Source: Verrucomicrobiota bacterium | GTDB lineage: Bacteria > Verrucomicrobiota > Kiritimatiellia > CAIQIC01 | Assembly (NCBI GenBank): GCA_004321905.1 | Contig: SCQF01000014.1 | Span: 567-64,566, forward strand | Direction of reading: 5' to 3' | Length of the DNA stretch: 64,000 nucleotides | Part shown: positions 26,716-34,651 of the stretch, in pieces | How the letters are laid out: each line of letters opens with the position of its first letter | Numbering within the stretch: the first letter of the stretch is position 1 | Made by a program: the position numbers and the translations under genes | Notes under the pieces: model-generated | What the model saw: the letters and a program-made list of their open reading frames with translations, nothing else | What the model was told of the DNA's origin: nothing | Database searches by the model: none

Positions 26716-28071
26716 ATGAAAGAGTCCTTAAAAGTTGGCGTATCCGGCGTGCGCGGCGTGGTCGGCGAGAGCTTCACGCCGCAATTAGCTGCGGCGTTCG
26801 CGCAGGCGTTCGGCACGTTCGTCGGGCGTGGCCCGGTGGTCGTAGGCCGCGATACGCGTCCCTCCGGCCCGATGCTGGAGCACGCCGTGATCGCCGGACT
26901 GCAAAGCGTCGGCTGTACGCCGGTCTTGTTGGGCATCGTGCCGACACCGACGCTGCTGCTGGCCACCAAGGAATCCAGCGCGCGCGGCGGCATCGCGATC
27001 ACCGCCAGCCACAACGCCGCGGAATGGAACGCGCTCAAATTTGTGGATCGTAAGGGCCTGTTTCTGGATGAAATTCGCGCGGGTGAATTGTTCGATATTT
27101 ATCATCAAGGTGATTTCCCGCTCGTGCCGGAAAGTGAGTTGCCGGGGGCGACGCTTATGACCGACGCCTTCCAGCGCCACGCGGCGCGCATCGCCGGCTA
27201 TGTGGACGCGGCGGCGATCCGTGCGCGGCATTGCAAGGTGGTGGTGGATTGCGTCAACGGCGTCGGCGCGCTATTCACGCCGGCGTGGCTGCGCGATGAC
27301 TTCGGTTGTGAGGTCGTGGCGCTGCATGACCAGCCCACCGGCGTTTTTGAGCGCGGACCGGAACCGGTGGCGGAAAACTTGGAGAAGTTGTGCGCGGCGG
27401 TTCGACAACACGGCGCGGCGGTCGGTTTTGCACACGATCCGGATGGCGACCGGCTGGCCATCGTGGATGAGCGCGGGCAGCCGATTGGCGAGGATTTCAC
27501 CTTGGCACTGGCGGCGTGGCAGGTATTGGAGCGGCATGCCCGTGGGCCGTTGGTGATGACGGTGGCCACGAGCCTCTGCGTGGCGGCCGTGGCCCGCGCG
27601 CACGGCGCGGAAGTGATCCGCACGAAAATCGGCGAAATCAATGTGGTCGAGGCGATGCTCAAGGCCGGCGCACCCATCGGCGGCGAAGGCACGGGCGGTG
27701 TGATTGTGCCCGCCATTCATCCGTGCCGCTGTTCCTATGCCGCGATGGCATTGGTGCTGGAACTGCTCGCGCAGTCCGGGCGTACGGTGGCGCAGTTGCG
27801 CGCAGAGCTTCCAGAATTTCACGTCGTCAAAACCAAGTTGCCGATCCGCGGTGACGAAGCGCCGGAAAAATTGCGCGGTTTGCGACGTTATTTTGAAGAG
27901 CGCGGCGCGCGCGTGACGCTGCTGGATGGCGTACATGCGGATTTTGGCGACCGCTGGATCAATGTTCGGCGCTCCAACACCGAGCCGGTGCTGCGCCTGA
28001 CCGCCGAAGCGGCCACGCCGGCGGCGGCGGAAGGGTTGCTGCGTACGGCATTGAGTGAAATACAGCCATGA
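26716..28071 (+). CDS. phosphomannomutase / phosphoglucomutase family enzyme
   Basis: 451 aa with all four family motifs: TASHNAAEWN, HDPDGDR, GGEGTGG, RRSNTEP. Confidence 0.8.
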   Translation: MKESLKVGVSGVRGVVGESFTPQLAAAFAQAFGTFVGRGPVVVGRDTRPSGPMLEHAVIAGLQSVGCTPVLLGIVPTPTLLLATKESSARGGIAITASHNAAEWNALKFVDRKGLFLDEIRAGELFDIYHQGDFPLVPESELPGATLMTDAFQRHAARIAGYVDAAAIRARHCKVVVDCVNGVGALFTPAWLRDDFGCEVVALHDQPTGVFERGPEPVAENLEKLCAAVRQHGAAVGFAHDPDGDRLAIVDERGQPIGEDFTLALAAWQVLERHARGPLVMTVATSLCVAAVARAHGAEVIRTKIGEINVVEAMLKAGAPIGGEGTGGVIVPAIHPCRCSYAAMALVLELLAQSGRTVAQLRAELPEFHVVKTKLPIRGDEAPEKLRGLRRYFEERGARVTLLDGVHADFGDRWINVRRSNTEPVLRLTAEAATPAAAEGLLRTALSEIQP

Positions 28072-28099
28072 TGGTACGACACCTCGTGGGCAGGGATTT

Positions 28100-28175
28100 T
28101 GTAGGGGCGCAGTCTTGCTGCGCCCGGTGTGCAGGGCAGGAGCGAAGTTGGGCGCAGCAAGACTGCGCCCCTACA
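28100..28175. repeat. 26-bp perfect inverted repeat doublet (GTAGGGGCGCAG... family)
   Basis: TGTAGGGGCGCAGTCTTGCTGCGCCC (28100-28125) is the exact reverse complement of 28150-28175, with a 24-nt loop. Each arm is itself a hairpin (GGGCGCAG-TCTTG-CTGCGCCC). Confidence 0.85.
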
Positions 28176-28195
28176 TTCAACACAAAGGAAAATCC

Positions 28196-29170
28196 ATGAA
28201 GAGCAAAATCGGCGGATGGCTATCGGTGCTGATGTTGACCGGGTCGGGCGCCCAGGCCATGCACGCGGGCGATGGTTTGCCGGTCACATCAAACGCCTAT
28301 GTTGCGCTCAGTGTGCAGGGTTCGGTCGGCCTGCTCAACGGCAGCGCGCTGGAGACCGTATACACCGGCGTGGAGGGCTCGCGCTACAAAGTGAGCGAAC
28401 TCGACTGGGACATCAAAAACGTGGTCATGGTGGGCGCCAACCTGTCCGTTACCCTGCACAATCAAATCTGGCTCAACGCCGGTTTGTGGGGCGCGGCCAC
28501 CCACGGCAGCGGCCAGATGAACGACTGGGATTGGTTGTTGGGCGAGCAAGGCTCGCCGTGGACGGACTGGTCGCTCAGCGAGGTGGATGTTACGCGCGCC
28601 AGTTTGCTTGATCTCAACGTGGCGGTCGAAGTCCTCCGCGTCGGCGATTGGGGCCTCCGCGGCATCGCCGGCTATAAATACAACGCGTGGCAATGGGAAG
28701 ACCACGGCGTCCGGCACATCTATTCCAGCAATCCCGCCGTGCCCGGCGGCTTTCGCAACGACGTCGCGGAAGAAAACGGCCACACCGGCATCATCTATGA
28801 GCAGTGGTTTCACATTCCCTATCTCGGCGCGGGTCTGAACTACACCAACGGCGGCTGGGTGGTGGATGGCTATGCGCTCGTCGGGCCGTATGTGATCGCC
28901 AGCGACCGCGACCAGCATCTCAATCGTCGCCTATTGTTTGAAGAAGATTTTTCCGGTGGCCAGTATTTTGGCGCCGGCGTGCGGGCGGCCTACGTTTTTC
29001 AAAGCGGCCTTTTCCTAGGTGCCGCGCTCGATGGCCAGGCGATTCCGGAAATCATTGGCGATACCACGATCGTGGACCAACGCACCGGCGCGCGCTCAAC
29101 CAGCGGCAACACCGCCGGTATTGCCAACCAAGCGTGGATGCTCGCGCTCTCCGGCGGCTATAAATTCTGA
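28196..29170 (+). CDS. omptin-family outer-membrane protease
   Basis: ORF trimmed to ATG 28196 (signal-like MKSKIGGWLSVLMLTGSGAQA). YKVSELDWDIKNV, MNDWDW (Asp pair), AGYKYNAWQW, DRDQH (Asp/His pair) and terminal GGYKF parallel the OmpT motifs. Confidence 0.75.
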   Translation: MKSKIGGWLSVLMLTGSGAQAMHAGDGLPVTSNAYVALSVQGSVGLLNGSALETVYTGVEGSRYKVSELDWDIKNVVMVGANLSVTLHNQIWLNAGLWGAATHGSGQMNDWDWLLGEQGSPWTDWSLSEVDVTRASLLDLNVAVEVLRVGDWGLRGIAGYKYNAWQWEDHGVRHIYSSNPAVPGGFRNDVAEENGHTGIIYEQWFHIPYLGAGLNYTNGGWVVDGYALVGPYVIASDRDQHLNRRLLFEEDFSGGQYFGAGVRAAYVFQSGLFLGAALDGQAIPEIIGDTTIVDQRTGARSTSGNTAGIANQAWMLALSGGYKF

Positions 29171-29185
29171 CGGCAGGGCGGAATT

Positions 29186-29200
29186 TTCCAAGCCTTGGAA
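29186..29200. repeat. solo dyad core
   Basis: TTCCAAGCCTTGGAA, 15 nt after the omptin stop. Confidence 0.8.
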
Positions 29201-29264
29201 ACGGGCTTGCGCCCGCTGCGGCATTGGGGCAAACTTTCCGCCGGGCGATGAGCGGCGGAGGGGC

Positions 29265-31298
29265 ATGACGGCGGTCCATGAATCAAATCCAGCGCTGACA
29301 CGATACGGGCGCTGGTTCGTAGGGTTGGGTCTCTTGACGCTGGCGGCCTTTGGCCTGCGCACCATCAGTAATTCCGATTTTTGGTTGTCGCTATCCTGTG
29401 GGCGTTGGATCGCAGCGCATGGCCTTCCGCATGCCGATCCGTTCTCGTTGACACGCGCCCAAGCACCATGGATGGACACGTCGTGGCTCTATAATTGGCT
29501 GGTGTACTGGCTCTGGTCGTCCGGTGGCGCCACGTTGGTGACGCTGACCCATGTGGCGGTGATCGTCGTGGCGTTCTGGCTGTTGGCGCGGATGGCGCGT
29601 AACTTCGGCGACCCCGTTTCCATCACGTTTGCGTTGCTGGTCAGCGCGTGGTTGCTGGCCCCGGCGTTTGTGACGCGTCCGCGGTTGTTGACCCTGATTT
29701 TCCCTGCCGTGTTCATGTTTTGTCTCTCCACCGGTGGCCGTCGCTGGTGGCCGTGGTTGGTGCTATTGCCGGCCGAGGTGCTGTGGGCCAATATGTTTCA
29801 TACGTTCCGGCTGGGGCCGGTGATTTGCTTGTGTTTTGCGGCGCAACAATTCGCGCGGTGGCGGCGGGTGCAACGGGGTGAGGCGGGCGCCGAAGAAGGT
29901 GAAGCCAGCCGGGAGGCGTGGCTCAATCCGCTGCTGTTGGCTGGCGGCACGCTGGCTGTCACGCTGATCAATCCTTACGGCTGGGAATTGCACCGGGAAG
30001 TCATGGGCATCGGGCTGGGCGCGACTGGCCCCCGGATAACGGAAGATGTTTCCGTCTTCAGTCATTTGTTTAGCGCGGCTACCACGGGCCAGTTGGTCTG
30101 GCTCGCGGCGGCGGTCAACATCATGGGCCTATTGGCGGAAAAGCGGCGGCTGCCGTTGGGGTTCACCCTATGGGCGGTGCTGGGCACCGGCCTCGCCATG
30201 TGGTCGCCCCGTTATGCCCTGCTGATGGCGGTGCTCTCGTTTCCCTTTTTTGTGCTCAGCCTTCGCGCCGCCGGCCTTTTCCTGCGCGATGCGTTTAGCG
30301 ATGTGGTGGATCGGCAGTCGGTCTGGTTCACGCGTCTGGCGGCGGCGGGTATCTTGGTGATCCCTGCCGTGACGCTGGGCCGGCTGGTCTCCAATCACTA
30401 TTACTATGCCAATGGCAGTGCCTCCTGCTTTGGCCTTGGCGTCAGCGAGGAAGCCTATCCCGCCGCGGTCACGCCCGTGCTGGCGCGTCCTGATTTTCCG
30501 GCGGTGGCGGTGAACAATCCGTTGGATGGCGGTTATCTGATCTGGCGCGTGCCGCAGCGGCCGGTATTCACGGATGCACGCCTGAGCCTCTACGGCGTCA
30601 CACTGCTGCAATTGGTCTCCCGCGGTTTGGCCGGTGATTTGCAGGCGTGGCAACTGCTGGAGAGTCGGCTCGCTCCCGGCGCCGTATTACTGAATTGTTG
30701 TCAGGCGCAGTCGGCCGTCGGTCTGCGCAACCTGCTGTCCACCGGGCGCTGGGCGGTGAAATATTTCGATGGCGTCACCGCCCTGCTGTTGCGTAACACG
30801 CCGGAAAATCGCGCGCTTTTGCAGGATGCGCAGTTGCAGGCGTTTGGTTTGAATAATCTGGAGCTGGCGCGACGCGCCTACGAACAGCGCGTGGCGCGCC
30901 ATTGGTTCCCCGCGCACTCGCCCGCGCTCATCGGGGCCGGTAACATGTTGATGGTGCTGAACCAATACACAGAGGCGGAGAAAGTTTACACATTGCTGGC
31001 ACGGGGCGCGCCGAACATGGCCGACGCGTGGCTGGAGTTGGGTATTTGCCGGTGGAATCTCAAGCGACCGAAGGAAGCGCTTGCCGCGGTGGAACGCGCC
31101 ACAGAATGCGCGCCACGGAATGCGTTGGCGTGGCTCTGGTATGGCCAGGTTTGCACGGAACTCGGCTTGCCGCAGGAAGCCGGGGAAGCCTGGCATCGCG
31201 CCCAAAAATTGAACCCCGTACTCGCCGCGTCGTTCATGACGCAGGTGCAAACGCGCACCACCAACAATGTGTCGCCGGCGCTACGCGGGCGGAAATAA
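29265..31298 (+). CDS. polytopic membrane protein with C-terminal TPR repeats
   Basis: ORF trimmed to ATG 29265. Many hydrophobic segments. The C-terminal ~150 aa have a TPR-like pattern (AEKVYTLLARGAPNMADAWLELGICRW..., ALAWLWYGQV...). Confidence 0.45.
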   Translation: MTAVHESNPALTRYGRWFVGLGLLTLAAFGLRTISNSDFWLSLSCGRWIAAHGLPHADPFSLTRAQAPWMDTSWLYNWLVYWLWSSGGATLVTLTHVAVIVVAFWLLARMARNFGDPVSITFALLVSAWLLAPAFVTRPRLLTLIFPAVFMFCLSTGGRRWWPWLVLLPAEVLWANMFHTFRLGPVICLCFAAQQFARWRRVQRGEAGAEEGEASREAWLNPLLLAGGTLAVTLINPYGWELHREVMGIGLGATGPRITEDVSVFSHLFSAATTGQLVWLAAAVNIMGLLAEKRRLPLGFTLWAVLGTGLAMWSPRYALLMAVLSFPFFVLSLRAAGLFLRDAFSDVVDRQSVWFTRLAAAGILVIPAVTLGRLVSNHYYYANGSASCFGLGVSEEAYPAAVTPVLARPDFPAVAVNNPLDGGYLIWRVPQRPVFTDARLSLYGVTLLQLVSRGLAGDLQAWQLLESRLAPGAVLLNCCQAQSAVGLRNLLSTGRWAVKYFDGVTALLLRNTPENRALLQDAQLQAFGLNNLELARRAYEQRVARHWFPAHSPALIGAGNMLMVLNQYTEAEKVYTLLARGAPNMADAWLELGICRWNLKRPKEALAAVERATECAPRNALAWLWYGQVCTELGLPQEAGEAWHRAQKLNPVLAASFMTQVQTRTTNNVSPALRGRK

Positions 31299-31310
31299 AC
31301 GCCTCGCGCT

Positions 31311-32129
31311 TTACGTCGCGGCCGGATAGTTCAATTCGCCTTGGAAAACATATTGCGCTGGACCGAGCAACGTCACGTCACGCGCGCCGTCGGGCGTCAG
31401 GACAAAATGCACTTCCAACTCGTCGCCACTGGCGGGCTGCACGCGTACCGGCGGTGTGGTGCGGCCCAGCTTGCCGGCGATCAGCGCGCACGCCACCATG
31501 CCGGTGCCGCACGCCAGCGTCTCCGCTTCCACGCCGCGCTCGAAGGTGCGCACGCGCACAGCGTGATCGGGTTCGACGTGGATAAAATTCACGTTCGTTC
31601 CACGCGGCGCAAACGCCGCGTGCCGCCGGATCGCCGCGCCCACCCGCGCCACGTCCACGACGGCCAGATCATCGGCTTCCAACACGACGTGCGGCACGCC
31701 CGTGTTCACGAAATGATAGGTCCATGCGCGCCCTTCCGCCGTCAGCCGCTGGTTGAGTTGCCAGTCGCGCGGTGGCGGCATATGCAGCCGCACGCGTGCG
31801 CCGAGAATATCCGCGCGGACTTCGCCGGCCACGGTCTCGATCTGCATGTTCGCCGGAGCCACGCCGCGGTCGTGCGCGAAGCGGGCGATACAGCGCGCGC
31901 CGTTGCCGCACATTTCCGCCTCGCCGCCGTCCGGGTTGAAAAACCGCATCCGAAAATCCGCCTGTTGGGACGGTTGGACGAGCAGTAAACCTTCCGAGCC
32001 GATACCGGTGTGCCGCGCCATGATCTGCGCCAGCCACGCCTGATCGGCGGCGGGAAACGTCTGCGCCCGATCATCCACGAGGATGAAGTCGTTGGCCGCG
32101 CCGTGCATTTTCCAAAACGGAATTTTCAT
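31311..32129 (-). CDS. dapF: diaminopimelate epimerase
   Basis: 272 aa. FWKMHGAANDFILVDDR start. Catalytic Cys motifs MCGNGARC and ACGTG. Confidence 0.9.
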   Translation of the reverse strand: MKIPFWKMHGAANDFILVDDRAQTFPAADQAWLAQIMARHTGIGSEGLLLVQPSQQADFRMRFFNPDGGEAEMCGNGARCIARFAHDRGVAPANMQIETVAGEVRADILGARVRLHMPPPRDWQLNQRLTAEGRAWTYHFVNTGVPHVVLEADDLAVVDVARVGAAIRRHAAFAPRGTNVNFIHVEPDHAVRVRTFERGVEAETLACGTGMVACALIAGKLGRTTPPVRVQPASGDELEVHFVLTPDGARDVTLLGPAQYVFQGELNYPAAT

Positions 32130-32164
32130 ATGCGCCTCAAAAACGCGGCGTAATCTACCACATT

Positions 32165-32211
32165 TTCCAAGGCTTGGAAAATCCCCACCGCGGTTTTTCC
32201 AAACCTTGGAA
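32165..32211. repeat. dyad doublet
   Basis: TTCCAAGGCTTGGAA-N17-TTCCAAACCTTGGAA. Ends 63 nt upstream of tRNA-Leu. Confidence 0.9.
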
Positions 32212-32232
32212 ACCGCGCGCCCCGAAAAACCC

Positions 32233-32261
32233 TTGCGCGGCCCGCGACCGCACGCTATGTT
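32233..32261 (+). promoter_or_regulatory. candidate tRNA-Leu promoter
   Basis: TTGCGC, 17-nt spacer, TATGTT. The -10 ends 13 nt before the tRNA 5' end. Confidence 0.4.
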
Positions 32262-32274
32262 CCCCCGGCTTTCC

Positions 32275-32358
32275 GCTCGGGTGGTGGAATGGCAGACACG
32301 TATGTTTGAGGTGCATATGGCGCAAGCCGTGGGGGTTCAAGTCCCCCCCCGAGCACCA
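32275..32358 (+). tRNA. tRNA-Leu (anticodon GAG), long variable arm, CCA encoded
   Basis: Acceptor GCTCGGG/CCCGAGC, anticodon stem TATGT/GCATA with loop TTGAGGT, T-arm GGGGG-TTCAAGT-CCCCC, then A-CCA. Confidence 0.88.
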
Positions 32359-32408
32359 CAACCCGCCGGTTTCTCTCGTGACGTGCGGCGGAAGAACAGG
32401 AGTACAGC

Positions 32409-33131
32409 ATGAGTTGGTTGAGCAAGTTGTTCGGTGGTCGCGTTAATGCGGCGACCCGCATATTGGTGGATGGTTCCCGCTGGTCGGATGGACGTGGTGG
32501 CGACCGGCAGTCGCCCCGCGATCAGGTCCAAATTCTGCAGATGATCGCGCGGTTTGCCAAGCAGGAGAAGATCGCAGCCTTGGTGGTGTTCGAGGGCCGT
32601 CCGCTCCGCGAAGTTTCCGAGGATGGCGAGTATAGCGGCCTGAAAGTTTACTTCACCGAAAAGCAGGGCAGCGCCGGCGATCTCGTGGTGTCGCGAGCGC
32701 GTAGTGCCGGCGCGCGCGGCTTGATGGTGTTCACGGCCGATCCGGCGGTGGAGCAAAAAGTTTCCGGGCTGGGTTGCAGCGTGATGCATCCTTCCACGTT
32801 GCGCAAGGCCATCGAAGGCGGTGGCGCGCAGGGTGGTGAGCACGGCGGCATGTTCGGCATGCGTGGCGGCAATGGTGGCGGCCAACGCCGTCGGCCCATG
32901 GGCGGCGGTCGTCCGCCGATGCGTCAGCAGCAGCGGCCCGCACCATCCGCCGAAGGCACACCGGCTCCCGCGGCTCCGCAGCCCCCGGCCCAAACGTCGA
33001 ACCAATCGGTGCGTAATCTGATTGATTTGGTCGAGGAACCCGTGCGCCCGGCGGCTCCGCCGCCTGCACCTGCGCCGGTGGTGGAAGCCGCACCCGCGCC
33101 GCAACCGTCGCCGGAAAATCCGCCGGCCTAA
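32409..33131 (+). CDS. NYN/YacP-like domain protein with Gly/Pro/Ala-rich disordered tail
   Basis: 240 aa. ILVDGSRW...VVFEG...VYFTEKQGSAGD resembles the YacP-type NYN layout. The last ~110 aa are low-complexity. Confidence 0.35.
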   Translation: MSWLSKLFGGRVNAATRILVDGSRWSDGRGGDRQSPRDQVQILQMIARFAKQEKIAALVVFEGRPLREVSEDGEYSGLKVYFTEKQGSAGDLVVSRARSAGARGLMVFTADPAVEQKVSGLGCSVMHPSTLRKAIEGGGAQGGEHGGMFGMRGGNGGGQRRRPMGGGRPPMRQQQRPAPSAEGTPAPAAPQPPAQTSNQSVRNLIDLVEEPVRPAAPPPAPAPVVEAAPAPQPSPENPPA

Positions 33132-33685
33132 GTTTCCTGCGCTTTGCCGGGGAATGTTACGCAGGCGATGTGCGGCAACTCACGGTAGCGCCCGTCGTAG
33201 TCGAGGCCATAGCCAACCACAAAGCGATCTGCGATGGTGAAGCCGACATAATCCGCTTGGAACGGCACCACCCGTCGCGCAGGTTTATCCAGCAAGGCGC
33301 AGGTGCGCACCGTGCGTGCGCCCAGCGTCAGCAGATGTTGCCTGGCAAAGCTCAACGTGCGGCCGGTATCGAGAATGTCGTCCACCACCAACACCGCGGT
33401 GCCCGCGAGGTTCAGGCCCACATCTTTGGCCACGCGCACGACGCCGGACGATTCGGTGCCGCCGCCATAACTTTCCAGCGTCATGAAATCAATCCGCGGA
33501 TGCACCTCGTGCCGGTAAAGTTCGCGCACGAGATCGGCCAGAAAAATAAAACTGCCGCGCAGAATACCGATCATCACGCAATCAGTGCCCCGACAACCAT
33601 CCGCCATCTCGCCCACCAACGCATCCACGCGGTTTTGAATCTGCTCGGCCGTGAGCAGTACCTCGCGGATGTGATGCGGCTTCAC
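33128..33685 (-). CDS. hpt: hypoxanthine phosphoribosyltransferase
   Basis: ORF trimmed to GTG 33685 (GTGA overlap with the stop of the upstream zinc-ribbon ORF). PRPP motif VLVVDDILDTGRTLS. Confidence 0.85.
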   Translation of the reverse strand: MKPHHIREVLLTAEQIQNRVDALVGEMADGCRGTDCVMIGILRGSFIFLADLVRELYRHEVHPRIDFMTLESYGGGTESSGVVRVAKDVGLNLAGTAVLVVDDILDTGRTLSFARQHLLTLGARTVRTCALLDKPARRVVPFQADYVGFTIADRFVVGYGLDYDGRYRELPHIACVTFPGKAQET

Positions 33686-33930
33686 CGGCGGCCGCCCAAC
33701 CGCATCTGCGATCCCGGCGCACGCGCCGGACGCGGTGGCGGCATACGCGTTGCGCCCAGCGGCGGCCCTTTGACTTCCCGCTGGCCCAGCGAAGAAGCGC
33801 AAGCCACGCAGCGGTATTCATAGAGTTCCGCGTGCGGCAACACGAGCAGCAGCCGCTCGCGGACCGGCTGCGCGGTCCGGCATTTCGGGCAGAAGAGTTC
33901 TGTCGCTTTGAGTTGATCGAATTGGCGCAT
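33682..33930 (-). CDS. small zinc-ribbon protein
   Basis: 82 aa from ATG 33930. CPKC...CVAC four-cysteine pattern. Apparently translationally coupled to hpt. Confidence 0.45.
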   Translation of the reverse strand: MRQFDQLKATELFCPKCRTAQPVRERLLLVLPHAELYEYRCVACASSLGQREVKGPPLGATRMPPPRPARAPGSQMRLGGRR

Positions 33931-34029
33931 GGCGGAAAAGATAGCGACGCGAGGCGGCGGACGCAAGTCCGCCGGGTGGAGGGCGTTCACCGAACGCGCT
34001 TAAACACGTCGGCCCGACGCGTTCCACCT

Positions 34030-34539
34030 TCACCATGCCGTGCTGAACAAGGTTACGACTTCGTCCGGCGGCAGGCTTTCCAAGGTTTGGAAAACCGTTT
34101 GCTTTGCACCCGGCAAGACCAAATCCGGCCGCACGTCGGCCAGCGGCTGGAGCACAAACCGGCGCCCGGCCCAGCGTGGATGCGGAATAATCACGCCACC
34201 ATCGTCGCAACACAGGTCACCGACATACAGGACATCAATGTCCAGCGTACGTGGTGCGAACTTGTCATCCGAACGGACGCGACCGAGGTCGTCTTCGATC
34301 TGCGCGGTGAGGCGTCGCCATGCGGCGGGCGGGAAATCGCCGGTCACAATCAACACGGTGTTCAGAAAAGCCAAATGACGATATTCGGGTTTCACGCCAA
34401 CCGGCTCGGTTTCGTAGATCGGCGCGCTGGTCACGAGGCGTACGCCCGGCAACGCAGAGATGCACTGCCGGGCCGCGCGCAGATTCGCCAGCCGGTCGCC
34501 GAGGTTCGAGCCAAGACTAAGTCCCGCTTCCGTTATCAT
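34030..34539 (-). CDS. folK: 2-amino-4-hydroxy-6-hydroxymethyldihydropteridine diphosphokinase
   Basis: 169 aa. SLGSNLGDR, SAPIYETEPVG, RTLDIDVL and IPHPRW motifs. The C-terminal tail contains a dyad core (VFQTLES). Confidence 0.85.
   Translation of the reverse strand: MITEAGLSLGSNLGDRLANLRAARQCISALPGVRLVTSAPIYETEPVGVKPEYRHLAFLNTVLIVTGDFPPAAWRRLTAQIEDDLGRVRSDDKFAPRTLDIDVLYVGDLCCDDGGVIIPHPRWAGRRFVLQPLADVRPDLVLPGAKQTVFQTLESLPPDEVVTLFSTAW
34078..34092. repeat. dyad core inside the 3' end of folK
   Basis: TTCCAAGGTTTGGAA, read as FQTLE on the coding strand. Confidence 0.75.
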
Positions 34540-34559
34540 TGCGGTGAACTATACCGGTT

Positions 34560-34638
34560 TTCCAAACCTTGGAAAATGCGGAAGGTGGTTTTTCCAAGGT
34601 TTGGGAAAAAGGGACATTTGCTTTTCCAGGCCTTGGAA
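34560..34638. repeat. dyad triplet (the only 3-unit array in the window)
   Basis: TTCCAAACCTTGGAA-N17-TTCCAAGGTTTGGGA-N17-TTCCAGGCCTTGGAA. Confidence 0.9.
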
Positions 34639-34651
34639 ATCGAACCGCATT

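Noticed and set aside
32337-33104. A 255-aa minus-strand ORF overlapping the NYN-like gene and tRNA-Leu.
   Set aside because: It is Arg/His-rich and low-complexity, antisense to a better-supported ORF, and overlaps a tRNA gene. It is most likely a spurious high-GC ORF.
34560-34638. Short palindromic repeats with unique spacers looked superficially CRISPR-like (also true of all the doublets).
   Set aside because: The repeats are only 15-19 bp and the spacers 11-17 nt. There are at most three units per locus, the units are dispersed over about 20 loci, and there are no cas genes or leader. This is not a CRISPR array.
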